Shown here: positions 1 to 7,796 of the stretch, piece by piece | Layout of the letters: each line of letters opens with the position of its first letter | Numbering within the stretch: position 1 is the stretch's first letter | DNA from: a virus | Lineage: Duplodnaviria; Caudoviricetes | Length of the DNA stretch: 24,765 nt | Virus record (IMG/VR): IMGVR_UViG_3300046167_000296 | Location: 1 to 24,765 of that record | Direction: 5' to 3' (one strand) | Translations under genes and position numbers: made by a program | Notes under the pieces: model-generated | What the model was told of the DNA's origin: nothing | Databases searched by the model: none | Seen by the model: the letters and a program-made list of their open reading frames with translations, nothing else

Positions 1-2
1 CT

Positions 3-1604
3 AATGGCAATATTACTGACGGAACTGATATTGTTGTAAGTGCAGGTGATGATATAACTTTTACAGATACAAGTAAGATTTTGTTAGGTGATGATGATGA
101 TTTACAAATATATCATAATGGTACAAACGCAGTAATTGATAATGGTACAAATAATTTACTAATACAAACAGCATCACAAACTATAATAAGTTCAGATGCA
201 ACTGATAATCAATTAACATTATCGCACAGCACAGGAAACTGGTTTGCAAAAGCGACAAACAGCAATACGTTAATTATAGGTAGCGAAAGTAATGCTACAG
301 ACAATATAACATTAGATACTACAAATGGCGGAAGTGCAACCTTTGCTGGAAACGTAGGAATAGGAGGAACACCAAGTACATTTGCTAATTTTACAAATGT
401 TACAATTCAAGGCGGTTCAAGTGGTTCTAATCTTGACTTTAAAAACTCAAGTGGAACAAGGGTAAGTGCAATAGTAACAACTGCAAGTAATGAATTAATT
501 ATTGAAACTGGTACTGCACAACCTATGATATTTAAAACTAACGATACAGAAAGAATGCGTATAACATCTGGGGCAAGAATTAATATGGATGTAATGGCAG
601 GGCAAGCGTCTGAAGGTGTTATTCGTATTGGTAGATATGATGCAAATACAAGCAGATATAATGAAATACAAAATTATGTTACATCAAGTGCTGCAGGTAG
701 TTATATGAATTTAAGTGTTCATAGTGGTACTGAAAATGTAGTTACAGATGTAATGACTTTATTAGGTTCTGGAAACGTAGGAATTGGTGGTTCTCCTGAT
801 TCACCTTTACATCTTTCACAAGCAGCAGCAAACACTTTCTTTAAAATGGAAGCATATGCAAGTACACAAGGTGCTGATGCAGGAATCAATGTAGCTCGTG
901 AATTAACTTCAGGGAGCAGTTCCAATTTAAGTTTTTGGACAAACACGGGTAGTGCATTAACACAAAAATTAATAATAGACAGTTCTGGAAACGTAGGAAT
1001 TAATGATACTAATCCAAATACAGCAAATTTAAGTATAAAAGGACAGAGTACAGGCGTTAGTGCTAATTACCCTATGCTTAAGTTATTAGGGCAAAATACA
1101 AGTTCAGATGGATTACACATAACTACAACTGGAACAGGTAATAACTATTATGCTATAAAAGTGGCTACTGGTGCTGATTCAAGTGCTTTTGCTGTAACAA
1201 ACGCAGCAAACGTAGGAATCGGAGCGACTAATCCTTTTGCAAAACTTGAAGTTACAGGTAATTTATCAAATAATTGGGCAGGAAGATTTGAAAACACTAA
1301 TTCAATTGGTTATGGAATTTTAGCAAAAATAAATTCAACAGATTCAAGTGATTATATATTTCAAGCAAGAACAGGAAGTACAAATGTAATGACTATTTTA
1401 GGTGACGGCAACGTAGGAATTGGAACGATTTCGCCACAAGAAAAATTACATATTGTAAATGCTGCAAATGCAAGTGTAGATAATTTTATGCTTGAATTAC
1501 AAAATACAACAACTGTAGCTGATTCAAGGTCAGGAATATTATTTTCCACTAATAGTGGCACGGGGTCAAGTAGGGCAGGGGTGCGCAATACAAGGTTCAA
1601 ATAA
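3..1604 (+). CDS. Tail fibre / receptor-binding protein, N-terminally truncated by the window edge; first part of a frameshifted gene
   Basis: The frame is open from position 3 (NGNITDGTDIVVSAGDD...), so the TTG at 81 is not the true start. The protein is G/S/T/N-rich with repeated GNVGIG modules of about 70 aa. It continues into ORF 1555-2214 if one G of GGGG 1578-1581 is removed. Confidence 0.85.
   Translation, partial: NGNITDGTDIVVSAGDDITFTDTSKILLGDDDDLQIYHNGTNAVIDNGTNNLLIQTASQTIISSDATDNQLTLSHSTGNWFAKATNSNTLIIGSESNATDNITLDTTNGGSATFAGNVGIGGTPSTFANFTNVTIQGGSSGSNLDFKNSSGTRVSAIVTTASNELIIETGTAQPMIFKTNDTERMRITSGARINMDVMAGQASEGVIRIGRYDANTSRYNEIQNYVTSSAAGSYMNLSVHSGTENVVTDVMTLLGSGNVGIGGSPDSPLHLSQAAANTFFKMEAYASTQGADAGINVARELTSGSSSNLSFWTNTGSALTQKLIIDSSGNVGINDTNPNTANLSIKGQSTGVSANYPMLKLLGQNTSSDGLHITTTGTGNNYYAIKVATGADSSAFAVTNAANVGIGATNPFAKLEVTGNLSNNWAGRFENTNSIGYGILAKINSTDSSDYIFQARTGSTNVMTILGDGNVGIGTISPQEKLHIVNAANASVDNFMLELQNTTTVADSRSGILFSTNSGTGSSRAGVRNTRFK
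351..1420 (+). repeat. Five exact copies of AACGTAGGAAT at tail-fibre module junctions
   Basis: Copies at 351-361, 774-784, 990-1000, 1209-1219 and 1410-1420, plus a degenerate copy at 1690-1700 (AATGTAGCGAT). Confidence 0.9.
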
Positions 1605-2214
1605 TGGAATTGATGGGACTGGTCATTTACTTTTTGGTAGTGTTAACAGCAATACTTTTTCAGAAAAAATGCGTATAGACAGTTCTGGAAATGTAGCGAT
1701 TGGTTTTACTGGCACTAATAATTACAAATTTTATATTAATGATGGAGTTAATAGAGGAACAAGTGATGCACAAATACATATTAATGGCAATGGTTATAGT
1801 GGGTTTCATTATCTTGATGGTACAGGTTATCATATACAACAAAATTCAAATTATCGTTCTTTAATATTAATTTCTGGAACAAGTGGAGGAGTAAAATTAA
1901 CTGCAGGAGCAACTTCTTGGGTTTCTAATTCTGATGAAAGTTTAAAAGAAAATATTAAACCTTTAGAAGATATATTAGATAAAATACAAGATTATAGGTG
2001 TATTGAATATAATTTAATTGATGATGAAACAAAAGACAAAAAAATAGGTTTTATTGCTCAAGATTGGGTGGATGATTTTCCAGCCATAGTAGATAAAGAT
2101 AATGATGGTTTATTAGGTATGAAATATACTGAAACAATACCTGTTTTATTAAAAGCAATACAAGAACTAAAAGCAGAAATAGAAATATTAAAAAACAAAT
2201 GTAATTGTAAATAA
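1555..2214 (+). CDS. C-terminal part of the tail fibre with an intramolecular chaperone (peptidase S74-like) domain
   Basis: Contains the last repeat (EKMRIDSSGNVAIG), then the SDESLKENI autocleavage motif, GFIAQD, Y..IPVLLKAIQEL and a C-terminal coiled coil. Confidence 0.85.
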   Translation: MARGQVGQGCAIQGSNNGIDGTGHLLFGSVNSNTFSEKMRIDSSGNVAIGFTGTNNYKFYINDGVNRGTSDAQIHINGNGYSGFHYLDGTGYHIQQNSNYRSLILISGTSGGVKLTAGATSWVSNSDESLKENIKPLEDILDKIQDYRCIEYNLIDDETKDKKIGFIAQDWVDDFPAIVDKDNDGLLGMKYTETIPVLLKAIQELKAEIEILKNKCNCK

Positions 2215-2223
2215 TTATATTTG
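2195..2223 (+). promoter_or_regulatory. Candidate late promoter ACAA-N14-AATTATA overlapping a Bacteroidota-type TATATTTG box
   Basis: ACAA at 2195-2198, AATTATA at 2213-2219 and TATATTTG at 2216-2223, upstream of the lysis region. Confidence 0.5.
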
Positions 2224-2247
2224 TATATAACTATAAATTAAATAAAA

Positions 2248-2484
2248 ATGTCAAAAATTAGTAAAGAAGAATTAGAATCATTAAAAGAATCAGAAAAGAA
2301 GTTTGCTGCTATAAAGCACGACTTAGGTACTTTAGAAGTACAGAAACACGGCTTATTACACGCCTTTGCACAATTGCAAGAAGAAAGTAATAAAGAGAAA
2401 AAAGAACTAGAGGACAAGTATGGTAAAATAAACATCAACTTAGAGGATGGTTCTTACGAAGAAATAAAAGAAGAAACTAAATAA
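2248..2484 (+). CDS. Small coiled-coil hypothetical phage protein
   Basis: 78-aa charged helical ORF with an A-rich leader, ending LEDKYGKININLEDGSY. Confidence 0.75.
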   Translation: MSKISKEELESLKESEKKFAAIKHDLGTLEVQKHGLLHAFAQLQEESNKEKKELEDKYGKININLEDGSYEEIKEETK

Positions 2485-2488
2485 TATT

Positions 2489-2629
2489 ATGGATTTTGCA
2501 GATATGAAGATTTATACTTTAAACTCAATGGCTTTTCTAGTTACAATGACCGAAGTAGAAACTTGGTTAAAGATAATTCTTCTTGTCTGTACTATCGTTT
2601 ATACAGTAATGAAAACTAAAAAGCTATGA
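2489..2629 (+). CDS. Small membrane protein, holin candidate (46 aa; not in the ORF track)
   Basis: MDFADMKIYTLNSMAFLVTMTEVETWLKIILLVCTIVYTVMKTKKL has hydrophobic segments and a basic C-terminus. Its stop overlaps the amidase start (ATGA). Confidence 0.65.
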   Translation: MDFADMKIYTLNSMAFLVTMTEVETWLKIILLVCTIVYTVMKTKKL

Positions 2630-3060
2630 GAAAAATAGACAAGCTTATAGTTCATTGTTCAGCTACACCAGAACACAAGGAGTTTGATGTAGAGGACATA
2701 ACAGAATGGCACGTTACAGGAAATGGGTGGTCAGATTGTGGTTACCATTATGTCATTACTCTTAGTGGTGAGATACAAGATGCTAGACCAGAAAGAAAGA
2801 TAGGTGCTCATTGTAAAGGTCACAATAGAAATTCTATAGGTATTTGTTACATAGGAGGTATGGATAGAACTATGGACAAATGGATAGATACTAGAACACC
2901 TGAGCAAAAAGAATCATTAGAGCAATTATTAAAAGATTTAAAACAGAAGTATCCTGAAGCTAAAATATATGGACATAAAGATTTTACTAATAAGAAAGTA
3001 TGTCCTTGTTTTGATGCTAAGGAAGAATATAAAAATATAAGTAATGGGAATAGAGAATAA
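2626..3060 (+). CDS. Endolysin, N-acetylmuramoyl-L-alanine amidase (T7 lysozyme-like, Amidase_2)
   Basis: Zn-amidase motifs IVHCSAT, GWSDCGYHY, GAHCKGHN..SIGICYIGG and GHKDF...K.CPCFD. Confidence 0.93.
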   Translation: MRKIDKLIVHCSATPEHKEFDVEDITEWHVTGNGWSDCGYHYVITLSGEIQDARPERKIGAHCKGHNRNSIGICYIGGMDRTMDKWIDTRTPEQKESLEQLLKDLKQKYPEAKIYGHKDFTNKKVCPCFDAKEEYKNISNGNRE

Positions 3061-3340
3061 AAAAGTTAATGTAGATATTGACGGAGATGGCAAACCTGAT
3101 TTAAACTTAGACCTAAAAACCATTATAATGGTAGTAGGAGGGATTATTAGCTTAACTATGACTTACTCTACCCTTACTAAACAAATAGAGCTTAATAAGC
3201 AAGAAATAGAGGTTGCTAAAAAGCTACCTCCTGCACAGTCATTAGAAGTTATTAAGCAAAGAATAGAGTTTCTTGAAGGACAAATAGAAGCTAAAGATAA
3301 ACGATTAGATAAGATAGAAGATAAAATATATAAAAGATGA
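3044..3340 (+). CDS. Membrane-anchored coiled-coil protein of the lysis region (spanin- or holin-like)
   Basis: DIDGDGKPD motif, one hydrophobic helix (IIMVVGGIISLTMTY), then a coiled coil. Confidence 0.6.
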   Translation: MGIENKKVNVDIDGDGKPDLNLDLKTIIMVVGGIISLTMTYSTLTKQIELNKQEIEVAKKLPPAQSLEVIKQRIEFLEGQIEAKDKRLDKIEDKIYKR

Positions 3341-3417
3341 ACAAGTTAATTGAGTTTGTCTTTATGATAGTAATCATATTAGTAATTGGCTCATTTACTG
3401 TTTTACCTTTAAATTAA
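3337..3417 (+). CDS. Putative 26-aa hydrophobic peptide
   Basis: MNKLIEFVFMIVIILVIGSFTVLPLN, with ATGA coupling to the upstream gene. Confidence 0.4.
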   Translation: MNKLIEFVFMIVIILVIGSFTVLPLN

Positions 3418-3421
3418 AACT

Positions 3422-3580
3422 ATGGAAACTATAAAACATTTATTAGGAATTTGTGGCGAAAGTCATATAAACATTTACACAGTAATTTTATCAGTAATTA
3501 TTTTAAAATACATTTATGAAAAATATACTAGCAAAACTATTTGGAGGAGCAGCAGGAGGAGTAGCAGAGAAGATATCTAA
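3422..3580 (+). CDS. Putative 52-aa membrane peptide
   Basis: METIKHLLGICGESHINIYTVILSVIILKYIYEK...; one hydrophobic helix; overlaps the 5' end of the holin in another frame. Confidence 0.5.
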   Translation: METIKHLLGICGESHINIYTVILSVIILKYIYEKYTSKTIWRSSRRSSREDI

Positions 3581-3911
3581 CATCATAGCTAAACATACTT
3601 TCTCAAAAGAAGATAGAGCAAAGTTTGAAAATGAGATGACTAAGGTGTTAATAGATGCAGAAGCTGATATGCAACAAAACGTAACAGAGCGTTGGAAAAC
3701 TGATATGTCTAGTGATAGTTTTTTAAGCAAGAATGTAAGACCTTTAGTATTAATCTTTTTAGTTGTATCTACTGTACTTATGGTGTTTATAGATGCAGGT
3801 GTTATTTCGTTTGAAGTTAAAGAAAGTTGGATTGATTTGTTACAGTTAGTGCTTATAACAGTCATAGGAGCTTATTTCGGTGGTCGTAGTTATGAGAAAA
3901 TAAAAAAGTAA
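3516..3911 (+). CDS. Holin (3TM / GTA-holin-like)
   Basis: ERWKTDM.SDSFLSKNVRP followed by two hydrophobic helices and the GAYFGGRS.EK terminus. Confidence 0.8.
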   Translation: MKNILAKLFGGAAGGVAEKISNIIAKHTFSKEDRAKFENEMTKVLIDAEADMQQNVTERWKTDMSSDSFLSKNVRPLVLIFLVVSTVLMVFIDAGVISFEVKESWIDLLQLVLITVIGAYFGGRSYEKIKK

Positions 3912-4045
3912 TGGCTAAAACAATTAATATAAGCTCGTATAGAAGCAAATCAAAGAAACGTAAAGGAATACATGCTAAAAGTAAAATGAGTACCTTAAAA
4001 GGCTCTAAAAACTATTTTAAAAAATATAAAGGTCAAGGTAAATAA
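3911..4045 (+). CDS. 44-aa highly basic peptide ending KKYKGQGK
   Basis: MAKTINISSYRSKSKKRKGIHAKSKMSTLKGSKNYFKKYKGQGK, with TAATG coupling to the holin stop. Confidence 0.65.
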   Translation: MAKTINISSYRSKSKKRKGIHAKSKMSTLKGSKNYFKKYKGQGK

Positions 4046-4115
4046 TTTTTTTATATATTTACTGCACACTTGCAAAACCTAATAAAGTTGGACGTTGCTT
4101 GGATCGGGTAATTAA

Positions 4116-4186
4116 TTTTTCTTTTCTTTTTGCTGGCTTTTTCTTTTCTTTTTTCTTTTTACCCTTTTTCTTTTTTCTTTTCTTTT
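4116..4186. repeat. Polypyrimidine tract containing two overlapping perfect mirror repeats (H-DNA-prone)
   Basis: 71 nt with only 4 purines. 22-nt mirror arms 4139-4160 / 4165-4186 flank ACCC; 16-nt arms 4116-4131 / 4138-4153 flank GCTGGC. Confidence 0.9.
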
Positions 4187-4216
4187 ATTATAATTTAAAT
4201 TTATATATTAGCTAAT

Positions 4217-4624
4217 ATGAGAAAAATATCACGTAAAGGACTTGTGAAAAAGTTAGATACAATTTTTTCAATATTTATTAGATTAAGAAAAGCTAATGAG
4301 TTAGGTGAAGTTAGCTGCTATACATGTGGTAAAAAAGATCATTATAAAAAAATGCAATGTGGTCATTTTATGTCAAGAAAACATTATTCAACACGTTGGG
4401 AAGAATTAAATTGCCAAGTACAGTGTTATTCATGTAATGTAATGAGGTATGGAGAACAATATAAATATGGACTTCAGTTAAAAAAAGAATATGGTGAATA
4501 TTTACCAGATAAATTATTAACAATGTCAAGAAGTGTAGTTAAATTCTCAAATGATGATTTAAACGAAATGATAAATAGATATGAACATTATGTTGATTTA
4601 TTGAAAAAAGAATTATATTTGTAG
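4217..4624 (+). CDS. ninG: NinG/Rap-like recombination endonuclease
   Basis: LD.IFS.FIRLR, CYTCG, QCGHFMSR....TRW...NC..QC..CN: a Zn/HNH-like pattern typical of the lambda NinG family. Confidence 0.85.
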   Translation: MRKISRKGLVKKLDTIFSIFIRLRKANELGEVSCYTCGKKDHYKKMQCGHFMSRKHYSTRWEELNCQVQCYSCNVMRYGEQYKYGLQLKKEYGEYLPDKLLTMSRSVVKFSNDDLNEMINRYEHYVDLLKKELYL

Positions 4625-4670
4625 GATAATTACCGCTAGGTAGTTTGTTTCCTAACTGTTTTGTTTAATT

Positions 4671-4700
4671 AAGGGGTAAATTAATTTTTATCCCTTTTTT
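4671..4700 (+). terminator. Rho-independent terminator
   Basis: Stem AAGGGGTAAA (4671-4680) / TTTATCCCTT (4687-4696) with one G-U pair, a 6-nt loop and a following T run. Confidence 0.7.
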
Positions 4701-4719
4701 ATTATATCATTTTTTTTTA

Positions 4720-4727
4720 TATATTTG
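4720..4727 (+). promoter_or_regulatory. Bacteroidota housekeeping-sigma -7 box (TATATTTG) for the recombination/replication operon
   Basis: Exact TAnnTTTG match 24 nt upstream of ATG 4751. Similar boxes occur at 4204 (TATATTAG) and 4614 (TATATTTG). Confidence 0.6.
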
Positions 4728-4750
4728 TATAGAACAAAAAAAACAGTTTT

Positions 4751-4873
4751 ATGGAATATCAATTAGCAGCAATACTAGCTCTTAGAAAAAAAGTAGAAGA
4801 TTTACAAAATCAAGTTGAAGAATTAACAATTAAACTTGAGAAGTCACAACAAGATAATTTATTAAATACTTAA
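4751..4873 (+). CDS. 40-aa coiled-coil peptide
   Basis: MEYQLAAILALRKKVEDLQNQVEELTIKLEKSQQDNLLNT fills the gap between the promoter and erf. Confidence 0.6.
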   Translation: MEYQLAAILALRKKVEDLQNQVEELTIKLEKSQQDNLLNT

Positions 4874-4875
4874 CA

Positions 4876-5301
4876 ATGGAAACAAATATTTACCATAAGC
4901 TTTATAAGCTTCAATCCGAGATTGGTACGGTTAGCAAAGATGTAAGAAATCCTTTTTACAAAAGCAAATATTTTGATATTAATTCTCTTATAGGACAATT
5001 ACAACCTTTATTAGAAAAACACAAATTAGTATTAATTCAACCTATAACAGATAATCAAGTAAGAAGTGTTATAGTTGATTTAGATGGTGGTAGTGTTGAA
5101 TCAAGTATGAAATTACCTGATATTCAAGACCCACAGAAAATAGGTTCAGCAATAACTTATTATAGAAGATATACATTAACATCATTACTTGGATTACAAG
5201 CTGAAGATGATGATGCTAATTCGACTGTAGGTTATAAATATCAACCAAAAAAACAATATAATTCAAATAATAATAATCCTTTAAGTAATATATTAAAATA
5301 A
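4876..5301 (+). CDS. erf: ERF-family single-strand annealing protein
   Basis: KDVRNPFYKSKY and the ERF signature DPQKIGSAITYYRRYTLTSLLGLQAEDDDAN. Confidence 0.9.
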   Translation: METNIYHKLYKLQSEIGTVSKDVRNPFYKSKYFDINSLIGQLQPLLEKHKLVLIQPITDNQVRSVIVDLDGGSVESSMKLPDIQDPQKIGSAITYYRRYTLTSLLGLQAEDDDANSTVGYKYQPKKQYNSNNNNPLSNILK

Positions 5302-5306
5302 AAATT

Positions 5307-5603
5307 ATGGCTTCAATACAAACAATAAGTATAGATCTTACAAAAATCGATAAATCAAAGATAGTAAATGACAAATATCTTAACATAACTGTAACACAAA
5401 ATAATGAGACTAATAAATATGGTCAAAATGTTACTGTTACACATAATCAAACAAAAGAAGAAAGAGAAAATAAAACACCTAAAATTTACTTAGGTAACGG
5501 TAAAACAGTTTGGAATGACGGTACTGTTGTAAATGCTGAAAGAGTTGAAAATATAAATAATTCAGAACAAAACAAAAGTAGAGAAGAAATAGATATATTT
5601 TAA
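5307..5603 (+). CDS. Putative single-stranded DNA-binding protein
   Basis: Beta-rich small protein between ERF and the helicase with an acidic/aromatic C-terminal tail (EEIDIF). The function is inferred. Confidence 0.55.
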   Translation: MASIQTISIDLTKIDKSKIVNDKYLNITVTQNNETNKYGQNVTVTHNQTKEERENKTPKIYLGNGKTVWNDGTVVNAERVENINNSEQNKSREEIDIF

Positions 5604-6520
5604 TGTTAGCTAATTTAGATCATTTAGAAAAAAAGATCTTAGATGTAAAATACGGTAGAATTAAACAAGGTTTAAAGGTTGATGTTCCTGAGATAGATGA
5701 GCATATAAGATTTAAACAAAATAACTTTAATTTAATTCTTGGCCACGCTAACGTGGGAAAAACTACAGTTATTTTATATTTAATGTTATTATATACAATA
5801 AAGCATAACGTTAGATGGTTAATATTTTCCGCTGAAAATACTTCACAATCAATAGCTAGAAAAATATTAGAATTTAAAACAGGTAAAATAGTAAATAATG
5901 TTGCTGATAAAGATATACAAAAAACATTAGATTGGTTTAATGATTTCTTTAAAATTATAGAAGTAGATGATTTATATAATTACAAGGAACTTTTAGACGA
6001 GGCCAAAAGGATAAAGCAATATTTTAATTATGATGGTTTTTTAATAGACCCTTATAATAGTTTAGTAAAAGACAGAAACATATTGAGAGGTATAAATACT
6101 CATGAATATGATTATCAAGTAGCAAGTGAATTTAGGTTATTTTGTAAACATCAAAACGTTTCAATATGGTTAAATGCACACGCTGTAACCGAAGCATTGC
6201 GTAAAATACACATAAAAGAGCATGATTATGCAGGGTTACCAATTCCACCAAGTTTAGCTGATGTAGAAGGTGGAGGTAAATGGGGTAATAGAGCTGATGA
6301 TGTTTTTACTATTCATAGATATATACAACATCCTACAGATTGGATGGTTAGTGAAATACATGTTAGAAAAATAAAAGAAGTAGAAACAGGTGGAAGACCT
6401 ACTCCTATAGAGCAACCAGTTAAATTACGAATGACAAAAAATAATATCGGTTTTGAATTTGCTGGAGTTAATATATTGCATTGTAATAATAACGACGTAA
6501 AAGATATATTAAAATTTTAG
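5603..6520 (+). CDS. DnaB/RecA-fold (SF4-like) replicative helicase, without a primase domain
   Basis: Walker A GHANVGKT, LIFSAEN, Walker B FLIDPYN, WLNAH and NRADD motifs. Confidence 0.85.
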   Translation: MLANLDHLEKKILDVKYGRIKQGLKVDVPEIDEHIRFKQNNFNLILGHANVGKTTVILYLMLLYTIKHNVRWLIFSAENTSQSIARKILEFKTGKIVNNVADKDIQKTLDWFNDFFKIIEVDDLYNYKELLDEAKRIKQYFNYDGFLIDPYNSLVKDRNILRGINTHEYDYQVASEFRLFCKHQNVSIWLNAHAVTEALRKIHIKEHDYAGLPIPPSLADVEGGGKWGNRADDVFTIHRYIQHPTDWMVSEIHVRKIKEVETGGRPTPIEQPVKLRMTKNNIGFEFAGVNILHCNNNDVKDILKF

Positions 6521-6532
6521 TTATATTTACAT

Positions 6533-7045
6533 GTGTCACATTGGTTAGAGATTATTGCTAAAGATCACAAAGAATGGATTAAGATAATAAATTCATTTGG
6601 CGAATACGATTATGCAGAAGACATTGTACAAGAAATGTATTTAATATTACATAAGTATGCTGATCCTAATAAAATAATAACCAACGGAAAAGCAAATAGA
6701 GGTTATGTTTTTTTTACATTAAAGACAACCTACTATCAATATTATAATGCTAAGCATAAAGTTAAAAAAGTAAGCATAGATGATTACAATATAAAGTATG
6801 AAGATACAATTGAAGAGCAATTAGCTTACGATAAAATATGTCAATTAATAGATAATGAAATAGAAGATTGGCATTGGTATGATAAAAAACTTTTTAAGCT
6901 GTATAGAGATACTGATATGAGTATAAGAAAAATAGCTAAAGAAACACAAATAAGTTGGGTAAGTATATTTAATACATTAAAAAATTGCAAAAATAAAATA
7001 AAAAATAAATACGATAAAGATTGGCAAGAATACAAAAAAAAATAA
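6533..7045 (+). CDS. ECF-like RNA polymerase sigma factor
   Basis: Region-2-like AEDIVQEMYL and region-4 HTH MSIRKIAKETQISWVSIFNTLKNCK; 170 aa; GTG start. Confidence 0.8.
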   Translation: MSHWLEIIAKDHKEWIKIINSFGEYDYAEDIVQEMYLILHKYADPNKIITNGKANRGYVFFTLKTTYYQYYNAKHKVKKVSIDDYNIKYEDTIEEQLAYDKICQLIDNEIEDWHWYDKKLFKLYRDTDMSIRKIAKETQISWVSIFNTLKNCKNKIKNKYDKDWQEYKKK

Positions 7046-7047
7046 TT

Positions 7048-7467
7048 ATGAAACAACCTAAAGACAAAAGAACAAAAGCGTATAAAGACTGGAAAAAAAA
7101 ATTTGATTTAGAAAACGAAAATAAATCAGAAGGATTTGGTGATACTATAGAAAAAATAACAGTTATGACTGGTATTAAAAAAGTTGCTAAGTTTATAGCT
7201 GGAGAAGATTGTGGATGTGATGAAAGAAAAGATAAATTAAATAAAGTACTACCATATCACAAACCTAAATGTTTGAATGAATTAGAATATAATTTTCTTG
7301 AAAATTGGTTTTCTGATAGAAGATTGACTATTACACCTGAAAAACAACAAAAACTTTTAGATATATATAATAGAGTATTTAACACTAAAAGAAAACTAAC
7401 ATCATGTAACTCTTGTGTAAAAGAAGTTATAATTGATCTTGAAAAATTATTTAAAACTTATTTATAA
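7048..7467 (+). CDS. Cys-motif hypothetical phage protein (possible Zn binding)
   Basis: GDTIEKIT..TGIKK, DCGCDER and TSCNSC motifs. ATG 7048 is preferred over TTG 7021. Confidence 0.7.
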   Translation: MKQPKDKRTKAYKDWKKKFDLENENKSEGFGDTIEKITVMTGIKKVAKFIAGEDCGCDERKDKLNKVLPYHKPKCLNELEYNFLENWFSDRRLTITPEKQQKLLDIYNRVFNTKRKLTSCNSCVKEVIIDLEKLFKTYL

Positions 7468-7721
7468 TGGATTTACTTAGGAAACAAATCTACGAATTAC
7501 ATTTTAATGAAATAGGACAAACTTTAAAACAACAGTTTGAAAAAACAAAAGGAGCAAAAAGAAAAAAAATATCTAATTTAATTAAGAATATAAATGAGAT
7601 GTATATGTATACAAATCATTTAGAAAAACAACTCATGATGAGTGAGTTTAGAGAGTCTTCATTAATATCTGATAAAATTAGAGCAGTTAAAAGAGCGAGG
7701 AAAGCAGAAGATAAAATATAA
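7467..7721 (+). CDS. Hypothetical protein
   Basis: 84-aa ORF with TAATG coupling to the upstream gene. Confidence 0.7.
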   Translation: MDLLRKQIYELHFNEIGQTLKQQFEKTKGAKRKKISNLIKNINEMYMYTNHLEKQLMMSEFRESSLISDKIRAVKRARKAEDKI

Positions 7722-7735
7722 AATATTTCTAAATA

Positions 7736-7769
7736 ATTTTTTTGTTAATAAAATGTTTATTATATTAGC
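7736..7769 (+). promoter_or_regulatory. 34-bp direct repeat, copy 1; candidate early promoter
   Basis: ATTTTTTTGTTAATAAAATGTTTATTATATTAGC, identical to 15227-15260; contains TTTG and TATATTAG. Confidence 0.75.
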
Positions 7770-7796
7770 CTATATAATAAATAAAAAAACAAAATT

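Noticed and set aside
348-1700. CRISPR array or DGR template/variable repeat in the tail fibre
   Set aside because: The repeats are 11-17 nt, in frame and about 200-400 nt apart. No reverse transcriptase, cas gene or adenine-specific repeat pair was seen.
4116-4186. Rho-independent terminator or Lys-rich minus-strand gene as the explanation of the T/C tract
   Set aside because: There is no convincing GC stem directly before the tract and no supported minus-strand gene. The symmetry is mirror, not inverted.
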